From contig NC_057711.1 of assembly GCF_004010195.1 (NCBI RefSeq), positions 113,315,909-113,379,908 on the forward strand: 64,000 nt of DNA, in the 5' to 3' direction. The notes beneath the pieces are model-generated. The model was not told the DNA's origin and made no database searches. It saw nothing but the letters and a program-made list of their open reading frames with translations. This document shows, piece by piece, positions 11,830 to 25,452 of this stretch. The translations under genes and the position numbers were made by a program. Positions within the stretch are counted from its first letter, which is position 1, and each line of letters starts with the position of its first letter. The DNA comes from Chiloscyllium plagiosum. Taxonomy: Eukaryota.

Positions 11830-12495
11830 AGAAACATGAGATCTATAGTGAGTTAGTAAGTTGGATGCAAATTTGGCTTGATCATGAAAGACAGAATGTA
11901 GTTGTGGAGGGGTAATTTTTTCGACTGAAGGTTGGTGACCAGTGGCGTTCCGCAAGGCGCTGGGACTTCTAACGTTTGTAATATTTATAAATGATTTATA
12001 TGAAAACCGTAGGTGGTCTGATTCGTAAGTTTGTGGAACAACATGAAAATTGGTTGAGTTGTGGATAGTGAGGAAGGTTGTCAAAGGATACAACAGGATA
12101 TAGATCAGTTGGATAGTTCACTAGAGAAATAGCAGATGGACTTTAATCCAGACAAGTGTGAGATAATGTTGCACTTTGGGAGGTTGAATGCAAGAGGAAA
12201 GTATACAATAAATCGCAGGACCTTTAGGACAATTGATATACAAAGGAATCTTGGGGTACAAGTCCATATTTCCCTGAAAATGGCACCAGAGGTGGATAAG
12301 GTAGTAAAGAAGGCCAATGCTGTGCTTGCCATCATCAGTCAGGACACTGGCATTTAGACAATTACCTGAAAAGACAGAGAATAAAGGGGTACGGACCATG
12401 TGCAGCCAGATGAGATCAGTTTAGAATGGCATCATGATCGGCCTAGACACAATGGGCTGAAGGGTCTGTTCTGATGGTATACTGTTCTATATCCT
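11830..12495 (+). mobile_element. CR1 RT fragment with tail
   Basis: ORF 12136..12357 MDFNPDKCEIMLHFGR…LGVQVH, with a CR1 3' end at ~12450-12495. Confidence 0.85.
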
Positions 12496-12989
12496 AAGTT
12501 ACATGCTCTGACTGCAAAGGATAAAGCTTGGTGTATAAATACATATAGTTGCTAGCACATGTGATTGAGCCACATTCAGATATACAGATGATAATCTTAA
12601 ATTGTTTAGTAAGTGTTGTCTAAGCTTAGAGTACTATCTAAGATTGCACACTATGTTTTAGGTTTGGCAAGTGCAATCCAATTGAATGCAATCAGTATTC
12701 TGCCTGTTGTGAACAGACAAAGGAACATGACGTTTGAGACAGTCCAACAGGCATTGGCACATATATCCTAGAACAATGAAATTCTTACAGCACTATGCTC
12801 ATTTGTGTGGTAGGCAGTGTGTCTTTGGTTTGATGACAACATCGTGTTTGTGGAGAATATCATTTGTTTTGCTACTTCATGGTATCAGTGTGAAATGGCT
12901 TGTTTCACCTGTTCCTCATATTTTGAGACACTTTATCCTTCCAGGAAAATCTGAGCTAGACTGGGCGCTTTTCAAGGTCGAAAGTGGTG

Positions 12990-13385
12990 GCCTTGTATCA
13001 TATGTAGTAGCAAACTGCATGTGTTCAGACAGCTAGAAGCTACATGGATTCAGATACATAGTGCTGTTTTTTGCAAGAGAAAAAACATGTGCGTGCTTTG
13101 AACCTTTTTCACTTAAACAAAAGCCAGACAACTTTTCCTTAATACATTCGCCATGATAATGCTTTGAAGGTAAACTGACTTGAATTTAAACAAAAGCCTG
13201 GGGAATAACTGTTCCCTGATGCATTCTCCATAGCATCACCTCTCCAGTCAGATTTAACGTGCCAACAAATCTGTCCCCTTTCTCATGCAGTATAAATTGT
13301 TATTCCTGTTGAGATTTGGTATTCCTGTCAGCTAGCCTGATAAGTGCAAGAAGAAATGATTTAACAGCATATATATTTTTTTCAC
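12990..13385 (+). mobile_element. Old Penelope-like 3' end (endonuclease C-terminus + terminal repeat)
   Basis: An LEATWI…VFCK-like translation near 13032-13080 is followed by a terminal repeat with degenerate cctgataagtgcaagaagaaa. Confidence 0.55.
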
Positions 13386-15239
13386 AAAGTATTATACTAA
13401 CAACATAAAAATACAGTGGTTTTTTTTCTGTGGGAGGGACACATTGACATGTCAAATTATTTATTTTACAAATGGTATTCAGGGTAAGTTCCTGTGTGAG
13501 GCCTTGTAGTGGTTTAAGAAAGCAGACAAAAATCAGACAGTTCCCAACAAAATCCCTAGACTAGTCTATAGTTATTGATGTCCAACTTTCATGAAACTTT
13601 TTTTAGCCTCACATCTTGCTTCCAATTAAAGGATGATACACGAGCTGTTTGATTTTTGACAGGAATATAGATGACCTGCTACAAAAATGTGGAAGTCATT
13701 CCTGGCTTCTTCACCGAGTTCAGTGGGTCAGAGGTCCTTCAGTGGATTGATTAGTGATCATTCCCACTTGCTGAGCAGCTGAACAACAAAGTCTCAGGTT
13801 TTCCATAGAATTTTACAATGCAGAAATGGGCAATTAGCCTTGACAGGTCTTTGCTGGTATTTACAGCACTCACAAATCTCTTCACAAGCCACGTCATCTA
13901 ACCCGATTAGTCAAACATTCTATTCCTTTCTCCATTAAGTGTTTATCTAGTTTTCACTTGAATCTATCTGAATGATTTCTTGTGGTAATGTGTTCCACAT
14001 TCTCACAATGCTCAAGGAAAGCACCTTTGAGACTAGTTTAACTCTCACTGCATGCCATAAAATTGGGCTTAAAAGCAATTGAAGATCAAACGGAATTTGG
14101 CCAGACCCCTGCCAGTACATTGAAGAACGAGCTAACCTCTTTCTCAATATCCTACCGTCACCTTCCCTAACCCTCATTGATGCACTTCTGTTGAGTTCTT
14201 AAGGGGGTTCAAGCAATGCAGTTTTTTTCTTCAGCATGAAGCTCCTTCTTGCGATTTTTCTGGTAAAAATGGAGCTGACATCCTCATCTCTCTGATTTGG
14301 AGATACTTGCTGACTGCATCATGGCATCTTGGACACTATCTGAAAACTGATGGGAAAATGTATTGCCCCTTTCAGGGGCTGTAAACTGCTTAAAGGTAAG
14401 CTCCATTCTACTGTGTTCTCAGCCTTCCCAAACTCGATGGATGCGACGTGGACTTGATGGGCCGAATGGCTGGCTTCTACATTGTAGGATTCTATGATTC
14501 TACCAAATAGCCAATGCCCTTTGACCACGATGACTCGATGTGTGGCCGTCTCACCCTGCAGCTGGCCATTCATGATTTAATCCCATTTCCTGGTCTTAAG
14601 CATATAGTCCAAACTAGAACTCCGAGTGCTGTCTGAAGGAGTGTAGCACTGTCAGAAGTGCTGTCTTTTGAAATCAGATCCAAACTTTTGGTTCTTAGAG
14701 GGATGTTTAGATAGACGTGCAGAGCACTTTACTGGATGTGGAAAGATGTGAGGTGTCCTGATATTGTGATATGTCAGGGGCAGATGCAAGCCTCTCTTTC
14801 GACAGGGAACTGACTGTGTGGCATTTAAAACAACAACTGCTTGCATTTATATAACAGCATTCAACATATTCAAACATCTGTTAATAAAGCTAAACATTGG
14901 CTTTGGCCAGTTATATTGGGAGGTGGACCCCATTGTTCCTCCAATAGCTGTTTCAAACAAAGACTAGCTCCAATGCGCCCCATTTATCAAGCTTGGTTTC
15001 AGCATCTGAGTTCAAAATTGGGAAAATCTAGTCAAATTTCCACATCTGATCAGAACTGGAGTCACAGTTCGGTGAATGGATACACCTGAGGAAGTTACAG
15101 AAGGAAAAGGTTGGACCTATCAACTGTAGTCTTATTGTCAGATATCCTGCACAATATTTGCTATTTAAATCAGATACGAGTGCCATTCTTCAGGACTTGC
15201 AACATGAAAGGAGACCACCAAGCCCAACATGCTGTACCA

Positions 15240-15408
15240 CAAAGAACAAAGAACAAAGAAAATTTACAGCTCAGGAACCCACCCTTCGGCACTCCAAGCC
15301 TGTGCCGAACCCCAATCCACTGTCTAAACCTATCGCCCAATTCCTAAGGATCTGTGTCCCTCTGCTCCCCACCTACTCATGCATCTGTCCGGATACACCT
15401 TAAATGTG
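15240..15408 (-). mobile_element. CR1 3' tail fragment with (TTCTTTG)n end
   Basis: Tail aaagaacaaagaacaaagaa followed by a CR1-type 3'UTR. Confidence 0.75.
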
Positions 15409-16140
15409 TGTAAGGTCCTAGAGAGTGTTTCTGAACAAAGAGACCTTGGAGTGCAGGTTCAAAGCTCCTTAAAATTAGAGTCGCAGGTAGATAGGATAGA
15501 GAAGAAGGCGTTTGGTATGCTTTCCTTTATTGGTCAGAGTATTGAGTACAGGAGTTGGGAGGTCATGTTGGGGCTATACAGGATGTTGGTTAGGCCACTG
15601 TTGGAATACTGTGTGCAATTCTGGTCTCCTTCCTATTGCAAGGATGTTGTGAAACATGAAAGGATTCAGAAAAGATTTGCAAGGATGTTGTCAGGGTTGG
15701 AGGATTTGAGCTATAGGGAGAGATTGAATAGGCCAGGGCTATTTTCCCTAGAGCGTCAGAGGCTGATGGGTGACCTTATGGAGTTTTATAAAATTATGAG
15801 TGGCATGGATAGGGTAAATAGACAAAGTCTTTTCCCTGGGGTGGGGGAGTCATAGGTTTAGGGTGAGAGGGGAAAGATATAAAAGAGACCTAAGAGGCAA
15901 ATGTTTCACACAGAGGGTGGTGTGTGTATGGAATGAGCTGCCAGAGGAAGTGGTGGAGGCTGGTACAATTGCAACGTTTAAAAGATATCTGGATGGGTAT
16001 ATGAATCGGAAGGATTTGGAGCGATATGGGCTGGTTGCTGGCAAATAAAACTAGATTAGGTTGAGATATTTGGTCAGCATGGATGAGTTGGACCGAAGGG
16101 TCTGTTTCCGTGCTGTACATCTCTATGACTCTATGACTCT
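15409..16140 (+). mobile_element. Young CR1 (HER1-like) 3' fragment with (ATGACTCT)n tail
   Basis: ORFs 15379..15855 and 15863..16048 give LVRPLLEYCVQFWSP…WNELPEEVVEAG. Same subfamily as 5379-5977 and 42955-43965. Confidence 0.93.
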
Positions 16141-16800
16141 AAGGATGTGCCTTCGGGTCCCAGTCTACCAATGGAAACATCTTCCTAACATCCACTCTGT
16201 CCAGGCCATTAAGTGTTCTATAAATTTCAATTAGATCCCTCCCTCATCCTTTTAAACTCCATTGTGTATAGTCCCAGAGTCCTCAAATGCTCCTCATATG
16301 TTAAGCTTTTCATCCCTGGGATCATTCCTGTGAATCTCCTCTGAACATGCTCCAAGGCCAGTACATCCTTCCTGAGATATGGGACCCACAATATTAAATA
16401 GTGCACAATATTTTAAATGTGGTCTGACCAGCGTGTTATAGCTCCTCAGAAGTATATCGCTGCTTTTATTTTCAAGTCCTCTCAAATTAAAAACCATCAT
16501 TGCATTTGCCTTCCTAAAAACTGACTCAACTTGTAAGTTTACCTTGAGAGAATCCTGGACTAGAACTCACAAGTCTCTTTGCGCTTCAGATTTCTGAATT
16601 TTCTCCCCAGTTAGAAAATAGTCCATGCCTCTATTCTTCCTACCAAAGTGCATGACCTCACACTTTCCCACATTGTACTCCATCTGCCACTTCTTTGCCC
16701 ACTCTCCTAACCTGTCCAAATCCTTCTGCAGCCTCCCCAACTTCTCAATGCTCCCTGTCCCTCGACCTATCTCTGTATCATCTGCACACTCAGCCAGAAT
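16141..16800 (-). mobile_element. CR1 RT fragment (second subfamily)
   Basis: ORF 16567..16824 ADDTEIG…LQKDLDRLGEWAKKWQMEYNVGKCEVMHFG. Confidence 0.9.
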
Positions 16801-16819
16801 ACCCCCAGTATCAAGGCAC

Positions 16820-17530
16820 TTCATGGGAGCTTTATGGAGTAAAATTTCACACTGAGCTTCAAAAAGAGATACAAGGACAAATGACCAAAAGTTTAGTTAT
16901 AGAGTTAGGATTAAAGCTATGTCTTAAAAGAGGAAAGCAAAGTGGAGAGGGGGGTGAGTATAGATTGAATTCTGGATCTTGGGACCTTGCTAATTGAAGA
17001 TACAGTCACCAATGGTGGAAGTATGGAAATCATGGATGCTCAAGCAGTCAGAATTAGAGGAAAGCCGATATCTCAGAGGATTAGGGGTTTCAGCCATTCC
17101 TTACATTTGGAGACAAGGACATGTATTTAGTTGAAAACACGAATGAGAATTTTAAAATTGAGGCATTATTTAACTGGAACCTAATGTAGGTCAGCAAGCA
17201 CAGGGAAGCCAAATAATAGGCACCACTGCTCTGACTTAGACATTAGCAGCAATTATGGAGGGTGGATGTTTGGCAAGGAGTGTATTGGAATAGTTGCGCC
17301 TCGAGGTAACAGAAGCATGGGTGAAGGTTTTAGCCTCAAAGCAGTTGATGCAGTGATGAAGTCGAATGATGTTGCAGAGGTGGAAATGTGTGTTCTGAAT
17401 GATGCCACAAATATATGGTTGGGAACACATTTTGGGATCAAGTATGACATCAAGGGTGTGAACTGCCCAGTTCAGACACAGATGGTTGCAGCAAGAGAGA
17501 TGGAATTTGTAGCAAGGGAGATGATTAGGA
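16820..17530 (-). mobile_element. L2 LINE 3' fragment
   Basis: ORF 17236..17604 has LDVILDP…HFHLCNIIRL…THASVTSRRNYSNTLL, a decayed form of the L2 motif FHLRNIARL…HAFVTSRLDYCNALL. Confidence 0.8.
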
Positions 17531-17964
17531 AATAAATAGTACAACTTCTCATCTGCTTTGTCACTGTAGTCCTGCAAAGTGTTCATTTTTACATATGGAT
17601 CCAATTGTCTTTGTTAGAAAGTTAAGATGGAATCTGTTTCAACAAACCTTTTGGACAGTACATTCCAGATCATAACACCACACTGCATCAAAAAGGATTC
17701 ACCTCAACTATTCCACAGATTTTGTCATTTGAGTATGGGATGCCAATGTGCTTGAGCAGATAGCTGCCACCACACTCCTTTTCTATCTGGGTCTATGGTG
17801 CCTATTTAATCTACAGAGGTAGAGGAAAATCATTAGATATTTTAATGAGAAGAGGCTACTTCCTTAAAAATGATGTAGTTTCATGCATGATAGCAAGCAG
17901 GTACAAGTTGGTAAAACAGATGCTGTTAATAAGATTATTTGGAGCATTTAGGATAACAGAACTG

Positions 17965-20110
17965 CCCCATAAGACTGTGGGATAAAGGAGGCCTTTCAGA
18001 CTATCAAGTTTGCTCCATCATTCAATGATGTTCTTCAACCCCATTTTCCTGTCTTCTCTTCATAACCCTTGATTCTTTAATTAATCAAGAACCTACCCAT
18101 CTCTGTCTTAAACATACCCGATGACTTGGCCTCCATAGCCTTCTGCAGCAAACAGTTCCACAGATTCACCACCCTCTGGCTGAAGAAATTTGTCCTTATC
18201 TCAGTTCTAAAGGGTTGCCCCTTCACTCTGAGGATGGGCCCTCAGATCCTAGTCTCTTTTACTAGTGGAAACATCTTGTTCATGTCCACGTTATCCAGTC
18301 TTCTCAGTATTCTACAAGTTTCAATGAGATTTCCCCCCCACCTTTTTAAACTTTAGCGAATACAAAGCCAGATTCCTCGATCACTCCTCATGACAAACCC
18401 CATCATTCTCGGGATCATTCTTGTAAACCTCCTCTGAAGCCCCTACAAGGTCAGCACATCCTTTCTTAGATAGGGGGCACAAAACTCCTCACAATATTCC
18501 GAATGCAGTTTGACCAGACTCTACTACAGCTTCAACAGTAAATTCCTGCTGTTGCATGCTAGCCCTCTTGAAATGAATGCTACTATTGCTTATGCCTTCC
18601 TAACTGCCCACTGAAGCTGCATATTTACCTTAAGAGAATCCTGACTAGGATGCCTAATTTCCTTTGTGCTTCAGATTTCCAAAGTCTTTGCCATTATAAA
18701 ATGGTCTCCTGCTCAATTCTTCCTATCAAACTATGTAACATTAGTGTTCCATCTGCTCACTGTCTTTGCCCACTCTCAGCAGCCTGCACACTTCCTCAAC
18801 ACTACCTGTCCATCCACCTATCTTTGTGTCATCTGAAAATTTAGCAACAATGCCCTCAGTTCCTTCATCCAGATCATTAATGTATAATGTGAATAGCTGT
18901 GGTCATAACGCTGACCACTACAGAACTCCACTAGTCACCAGTTGCCATTTTAAAAGAGATGCCTTTATCTGCACTCTCTGCCTTCTGCCAGTCAGCCAAT
19001 CCTCTATCCATGCCAGTAACCTGCCCCGAACAAAATGGGTTCTTTTCTTATTTAGCAGCTTTCTATGCAGCACCTTGTCAAATGCAATATTAGCTTTCAT
19101 TTTAAGAGGGTTAGCATACAAGAGCAGGATGTACTATTGAGGTTGTGTAAGAGTCTGGTCACACTGCATTTGGAATATTGTGAAACTTGAAACAGATCAT
19201 TTTACACTGCTTCTCCTTTGTCTAAATTGCTCATTATCTTCTCAAACAATTCCATCAAATTTGTCAGGCATGACGTCCCCATTATGAAGCCGTACTGACT
19301 TGGCCCTATTTCATTATACACTTTCAAGTCCTCCACAATCTCATCTTTAATAATGTTCTCTAAAATCTTAGCGATGACGGGGTCAGGCTAACTGGCCTCT
19401 CATTTCCCGTCTTCTGTCGCCATCTCTTCCTAACCAGGGCTGTCACATTAGCTATTTATCAGCCCTCTGGCACTGTCCCTGACTCCAGTGATTCCTGAAA
19501 GACCACCATTAATGCCTCCACAATCTCTTCAGCTATCTCCTTCAGAACCCTAGTGTGCAGTCCATCTGGTCTGGCTGTATTAATCCACTTTCAGACACTT
19601 TCTCTGCAGCCCAGATGAGTTACCCTGAACCCGGGCACCAGGCAAACAATATAGCCTTCAGGACTTATGATCCTAGTCACAGAGAACAATATCCTTTCCC
19701 CTGACTGTACTATCCCCAGTTACAACTAAATTTCTCTTTCTCCCCTCTACATGAATGCTCCCTGTATCATGGTGCTGTGGTAGCTTGCCCATCTTCCCTA
19801 CAGCCCACGCTCACATCCACACAGGGAACAGGAATCACAAACCTGTTAAACAAGTTCAAGTCAGCACTGCTTCCTAGATCCCTCTACCTGCCTCACTCAT
19901 AGTCAGACTCACACCCTCCTGTCCCTCCCCACTGACTGAATTTAGAGTAGTTAATATAAAGGGTGTGACTGACTCCTGAAACATGGCATCTAGGTAACTT
20001 TCCCCCTCCCACTCCAGCTCATCAACTCGTAAGCAACCAACACTTGCTGCTGATGTGGTCACTATGAACAACAATGGGGCTCCCATATCATTCAGGTACA
20101 ACACAACACA
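17965..20110 (-). mobile_element. Rearranged CR1 (tail, RT and ORF1 pieces)
   Basis: ORF 18918..19121 AFDKVLHRKLL…LLAWIEDWLTGRRQRV. ORF1-like sequence at 19600-20100. A short segment near 19080-19185 is in the opposite orientation. Confidence 0.8.
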
Positions 20111-21399
20111 ACCTTGACAGGCTTCTCTATTTCATCAACTTTGTTCTTAATTTGATTTTGTCAAATTTCCTACAGGTCTTTTAATTTATTACCTATAAGT
20201 ATTTTCCCTATTTATCTTCAATCTGAAAGTAAACTATAATAGTCAAATTAGCAACTATTAGCAACCGATGAACTTCTGGTTTCCTTGTGATGTCACTCTG
20301 TCTTTTGTGCTGGGTCCCCAATCCTGGACTTCATCCCATGCAAAAACCTTACAAACTGTGACCCATCAAAATAAACAAGAAGCATCTCTTCCCCTCTGCA
20401 CTGAATGCCCATGCTGCATCCAAAGTTCCTGAACTGTATACTCAGTTGGGCTGTGTCTCACTCTTTCCTGACTTTGCACAACTTACTGGTCATGTGCTTT
20501 CAACAGGTCTTCTCTGATATAGACTATTTTGCTATATAAAGATGTTCTGCCTTTTTCCACTCGGGTGCTTATGATATCATCAGATTGGGTCTACCTCAAT
20601 GCAGACTGTATTATTCTTTTGAGAAGCATTACATCAAACATCAGTTAAATTGCCTGTTACCTTGTATCGGTTCCTTTTGGTTACTGACTATCCTGCCAGT
20701 GAGGCAAACAATTCAATCTAAGTGCCTCATTATTTTCTCTTCCATAAAACCTCCTCAACTTCCTCCTGTTCTCAGGAGAACATCATCAACTTCTACATCC
20801 CCTCCACTTCAGTGAAGACTCTGTTACAATCTGGAAAATATCTTTTGGACTCCACACATAGTGAGATTTCTGATAGGATTCTTCAAATGCATCCACACAA
20901 TGTCAGTGAGAAACCACAGAAGCAAATATAGAGTTGTGCTAGGGCTACTGTTTCCATGGACTGTGTGCTGAACCTTTGAACCCACATCTGCAATATTCTA
21001 TCCTCATGGTGTCTGCCTACCATGAGTTCTGGCTGCTGAGTATTTGAATATACTCTCTGCGTAGTGAGATTGTCCCTATTCTGATCACAGCTTCTCTGTC
21101 TCTACCTTGTCTAAGACTATTGAGTGCTTCTCAGGAGTTCCTATAAACTCCTTACTTATATTCTAATGTACAGAATACTGACTGTAATTCTCCAGTACAG
21201 TTCTTCCATTCTTCGCTTCTCAGAGTGTTGATGGTATTTGACTGTTGACAACTGTCATATCTTCATCTACATTGTCATTATTAACGTACTAATTCCCATT
21301 ATACTGCAATAGCAACGATATTAAGTTGCTATATTAAAGGTGCTCTACAAATGCACATTCCCACTGTTGTAGTACTAACGTGACAATGATATCCAGGCC

Positions 21400-21965
21400 C
21401 TGAATGTAATGGCAGACTGAGGCAGAATTGGCATCAGTAGCAACGCCAGGGTGAGGCTCCACCTCAGTTTGAGGTCTCCTGGCGAATGAGGAGCAAGTCC
21501 CAGGAGGTGGCAGTGGCAGCAATACAAAGCCAGGATGAGGCGGATGTGGCTCCATCGCAGCCCGAGGTCACCTGATCCAGACTGGCAGGCTGAGCCAAGG
21601 CTCCTGACCATGGCTATAGCGGAGGTGGCAACGTTTCATTGGCAGCAGCGGGCAGGGACTCGAGGCAGCAGGATGGAGGTCCAGGGCTGAGTGTTTCAGA
21701 GACCACTGATCTTTATTGAGATAAAATAAACTTTTTATGTTTCTGGCAGTGAGGCCATGGTTGGAGTGGTGGGTCAGGACTCTTGACAGAGGGGATGGGA
21801 GTGATCTTTTAGCCTTTCCTTTTAGCTCTGTTTCTTTTACTTCTGCTTTTGTCTTTAATTTGTATTTTAAAATGGCACCTGAGAATTGTGACTTTGTACA
21901 GTTTACCAGCACTCCTGTACTTTAGTACACATGATAAAAAAAACTAATCTAATTCTAACTCTAAT
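21400..21965 (+). mobile_element. Non-coding retro-element with GC-rich body and Rex1/Babar-like tail
   Basis: GC-rich body, T-rich linker, then aaaatggcac…cactcctgtactttagtacacatgataaaa…ctaatctaattcta. The tail is related to the reverse complement of 56465-56560. Confidence 0.55.
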
Positions 21966-22474
21966 TACTGCTTCTGCCTGTGAACCAGATTTTAGTGATT
22001 ACTGTACCTAGACATTAAAATCCTTTGGGTGCCCTATAGCTCCTGCAAGATCACCGTTAAGAAAATACGCTGTGCTATTTATCTTAGAAGAAAACATGGA
22101 TGACCTTCCCCCACTTTGAACTTTACCTCCTGACAGATTTTCCCCTCATTTAATCCATTTTTCTCCCTTACTAGCTCCCCATCCCCATCCAGTCAGCTTT
22201 TGGTTCATGTCTCACATTATTCAGTTTATCAGAATAACATTTCCAATTCTCCACTCCCCACGCACAAACTATGAAATATTTCCATGCTTCATGGCTTTCA
22301 TTCCAGAATATGTGTAAAATATTTGCACAGCAGAATTGTCCACTTAATCTTCAAATTGCAATGTTTCTTCACAGCTTGGGTTGCATAGAATCTTCCAGTG
22401 CAGTATCAGGCCATTTGGCCCAACAGCAGATCTGATGGGTTGAAGGCCTCTTTTGTACTGAATGATTTTCAATT

Positions 22475-22875
22475 GTGGGATGTGGGCGCCACTGACTGGT
22501 TAACATTTATTGCTCATCCCTAGGTGCCTCTGAAGAGACTTTTTATGGATTGGTACAACTGAATGACTTGCTTGGTCAGTTAAGAGGGCAATTGACAGCC
22601 AACCACATTGTGGTTGGTTTGTAGTCACATGTAGGTCAGACCAGGTGAGGATGGGAGATTTCCTTCCCTGAAGGCCATTAGTAAACCAAATGGGTTTTCC
22701 AACAATCAAAAATGATTTCATGGTCATCAGTAGTTTCTTAATCAGTAGTTATATTTTTAATTGAACTCAAATTCCACCATCTGCTGTGGCATAGATTCGA
22801 ACACGGGTTCCCAGAGCATTCGCTGAGTTTCTGGATTAATGGTCTAGCAATAATATTATGAGACAATCACTTCCC
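22475..22875 (-). mobile_element. tRNA-derived SINE (second family, CR1-like tail)
   Basis: Minus strand: B-box GTTCGAATC near 22793-22802, core ggaaaacccatttggtttactaat…agggaaggaaatct, tail gggatgagcaataaatg. Homologous to the split copy at 42692-44035. Confidence 0.8.
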
Positions 22876-22904
22876 CACAATTCTACACTTCACTGAATCA
22901 GGAC

Positions 22905-24350
22905 ATAGAGTCATAGAAATATACAGCACACCTGATCGTCTATGATCGTCTATGCCGATCAGGTGTCCAAAATTAATCTGGCCCCACTTGCTAGCTTTTG
23001 GCCCATATCACTTTAAACCCTTCCTATTCAAATACCCATCTAGATGCCCTTTAAATGTTGTAACATTAATGTCTCATTAGCCTCCATCACTTCCTCTGGC
23101 AGCTCATTCCATGCACACACCACCTCTGCATGAAAACGTTGCCTCTTAGGTCCCTTTTAAAACTTACCCCTCTCACCTTAAACCTATGTCCTTAAGTTTT
23201 GGACTCCATCGCCCTGGGGAAAAGACCTTGTCTGTTTACCCTATCCGTGCCCCCAAGATTTTATAAATTTCTATAAATTTCAGTGTCCAATGCTGCAGGA
23301 ATATAGCCCCAGCCTATTCAGCCTCTCCCTATAGCTCAGACCCTCCAAACCTGGCAACATCCTTGTAAATCTTTTCTGAACCCTTTCAAGTTTCACAACA
23401 TCCTTCCTATAGCAGAGAGACCAAAACTGAACAGAGTATTCCAGAAGTGACCTAGTCAATGTCCTGTACAGCCACAACATGACCTCCCAACTCCTGTACT
23501 CAATGCACTGACCAATAAAGAAAAGCATATCAAATGCCTTCTTCACTATCCTATCTACCTGTCACTCCACTTTCAAGGAACTATGAACCTGCATTCTAAG
23601 GTCTCTTTGTTCAGCAACACTCCCTAGGACCTTACCATTAAGTTTTTTTTTAGATTAGATTACTTACAGTGTGGAAACAGGCCCTTCGGCCCAACAAGTC
23701 CACACCGACCCGCTGAAGCGCAGCCCACCCAGACCCATTCCCCGACACCTAACACTACGGGCAATTTAGCATGGCCAATTCACCTGACCTGCACATTTTT
23801 GGACTGTGGGAGGAAACCGGAGCACCTGGAGGAAACCCACACAGACACGGGGAGAATGTGCAAACTCCACACAGAGAGTTGCCTGAAGCGGGTCTCTGGC
23901 GCTGTGAGGCAGCAGTGCTAACCACTGTGCCACTGTGCCGCCCACAAGTGTATAAGTCCTGCCCTGATTTGCCTTTCCAAAATGCAGCACCTCACATTTA
24001 TCTAAATTAAAATCCATTTGCCATTTCTTGGCCCATTGAGCCATCAGATCAAGGTCCTGTTGCATCCTGAGGTAATCTTCTTCATGCTCCACTACACCTC
24101 CAATTTTGATGTCAGCTGCAAACTTACGAACCATACCACCTATATTCACATCCAAATCATTTTTATAAATGATGAAAAGCAGCGGACCCAGCAGCGATCC
24201 GTGTGGCACTCCACTGGTCACAGTCCCCCAGTTTGAAAATCAACCCTTCACCACCACCCTCTGTCTTCTACCTTCGATCCAGTTCTGCATCCAAATGGTT
24301 AGTTGTCCCTGTTTTCCATGTGATCTAACCTTGCTAACCAGTCTACCTTG
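22905..24350 (-). mobile_element. CR1 RT + 3' end, interrupted by an HE1 SINE
   Basis: ORFs 23280..23546 and 23766..24221 (GVPHGSLLGPLLF…FAAD…WQMDFNLDKCEVLHFG). Confidence 0.92.
23643..23943 (-). mobile_element. HE1 SINE nested in CR1
   Basis: A full HE1 splits the CR1 sequence cttaccattaagt|gtataagtcc, with aagt on both sides. Confidence 0.93.
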
Positions 24351-24750
24351 CATCTTGGGAATAAACCAGAAGTTTACTTGAAGAGTCTGCATGGGGAGGT
24401 GGGAAGTGCTGAGGGAGAGAGGAGCATTGCTATAAAGCAGCTGTTAACTTGTGGCATTGATAGGTGTTGCCTCTGATTCCCTGCTAACTACTAGGAAAGC
24501 TGCTTACCGATAGTGAGTTTTATTCCAAATACTCCGTGGGATTCTGATTTAAATATATTATAAGTATTGTGCCTCTCCATAGCACAGAAATCTCTGAAAC
24601 CACGATAGCCATTGTCATAAAAACCACAGCAACACGTGTGTAGATTGGGAGCACATTTTAAATGCTTTCATCAGCACCCCTGGACTCTGTCCCATCTCAT
24701 TGAATGCAGGGGATTAATGTCAATGGCTGGAACCTCATCCAGCTCATTTA

Positions 24751-24864
24751 TAGATATTTTTAACCAACCTGGTCAGACAAATTACGACACACATCTGGAG
24801 CAGGTGAGACTTGAACTTCTGGCCCAGCGGTAGGAACACTACCACTGCACCACAAGAGACCCCC
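24751..24864 (-). mobile_element. Short (~115 bp) tRNA-head SINE-like element
   Basis: Minus strand ggggtctcttgTGGTGCAGTGGtag…aGTTCAAGTCtcacctgctccag has A- and B-box-like motifs but no cloverleaf. Confidence 0.6.
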
Positions 24865-25452
24865 TCAGCAGCTTTATCCCCCATCTTCATTGCCCCAGTA
24901 ATTACTCAGCATTCACTTTGAATGAATCACATTTAAACAAGGCAAGACAAGCTATCATAAACAACAAACTTGCTTTTCTATAGCTGCACCATGGGCAGTT
25001 TCCACTGACACCCATCTCTGACATTTCCTGATCCAATCAGCAGTCAGCTAAAACAAAGACGGTTTCTTTTAATTATTAGATTTGCGATTAATTGCTAAAA
25101 GGAATGATTATATGGCTCATTCGTGGCAAAAACGAAATGGCATCCTGCCCTATAAATAATGCATAGACATAACGATAATAAATCGCTACAATTCTAACAA
25201 AGCAAAACCTGAGCAATAAATATGAGCTATTAAGTAATCCTGCTCCAGTGTCATGCTCGTTGATAGTTTTGGGTTGTTTTCACAAACAGTTGAATTTTGT
25301 TTCATTCAAAGTAAATTTACAATTAACCAGAATAATTAAATGATCACTTCTAGCTGTTTACAAAGAAAGCGCGTCGAGAAACAGCACATGAAATTCTGCC
25401 CTAACTAAAAAGCAATTTTATTAACCAGAACAGTTCGACAATTGAAGCAAAC

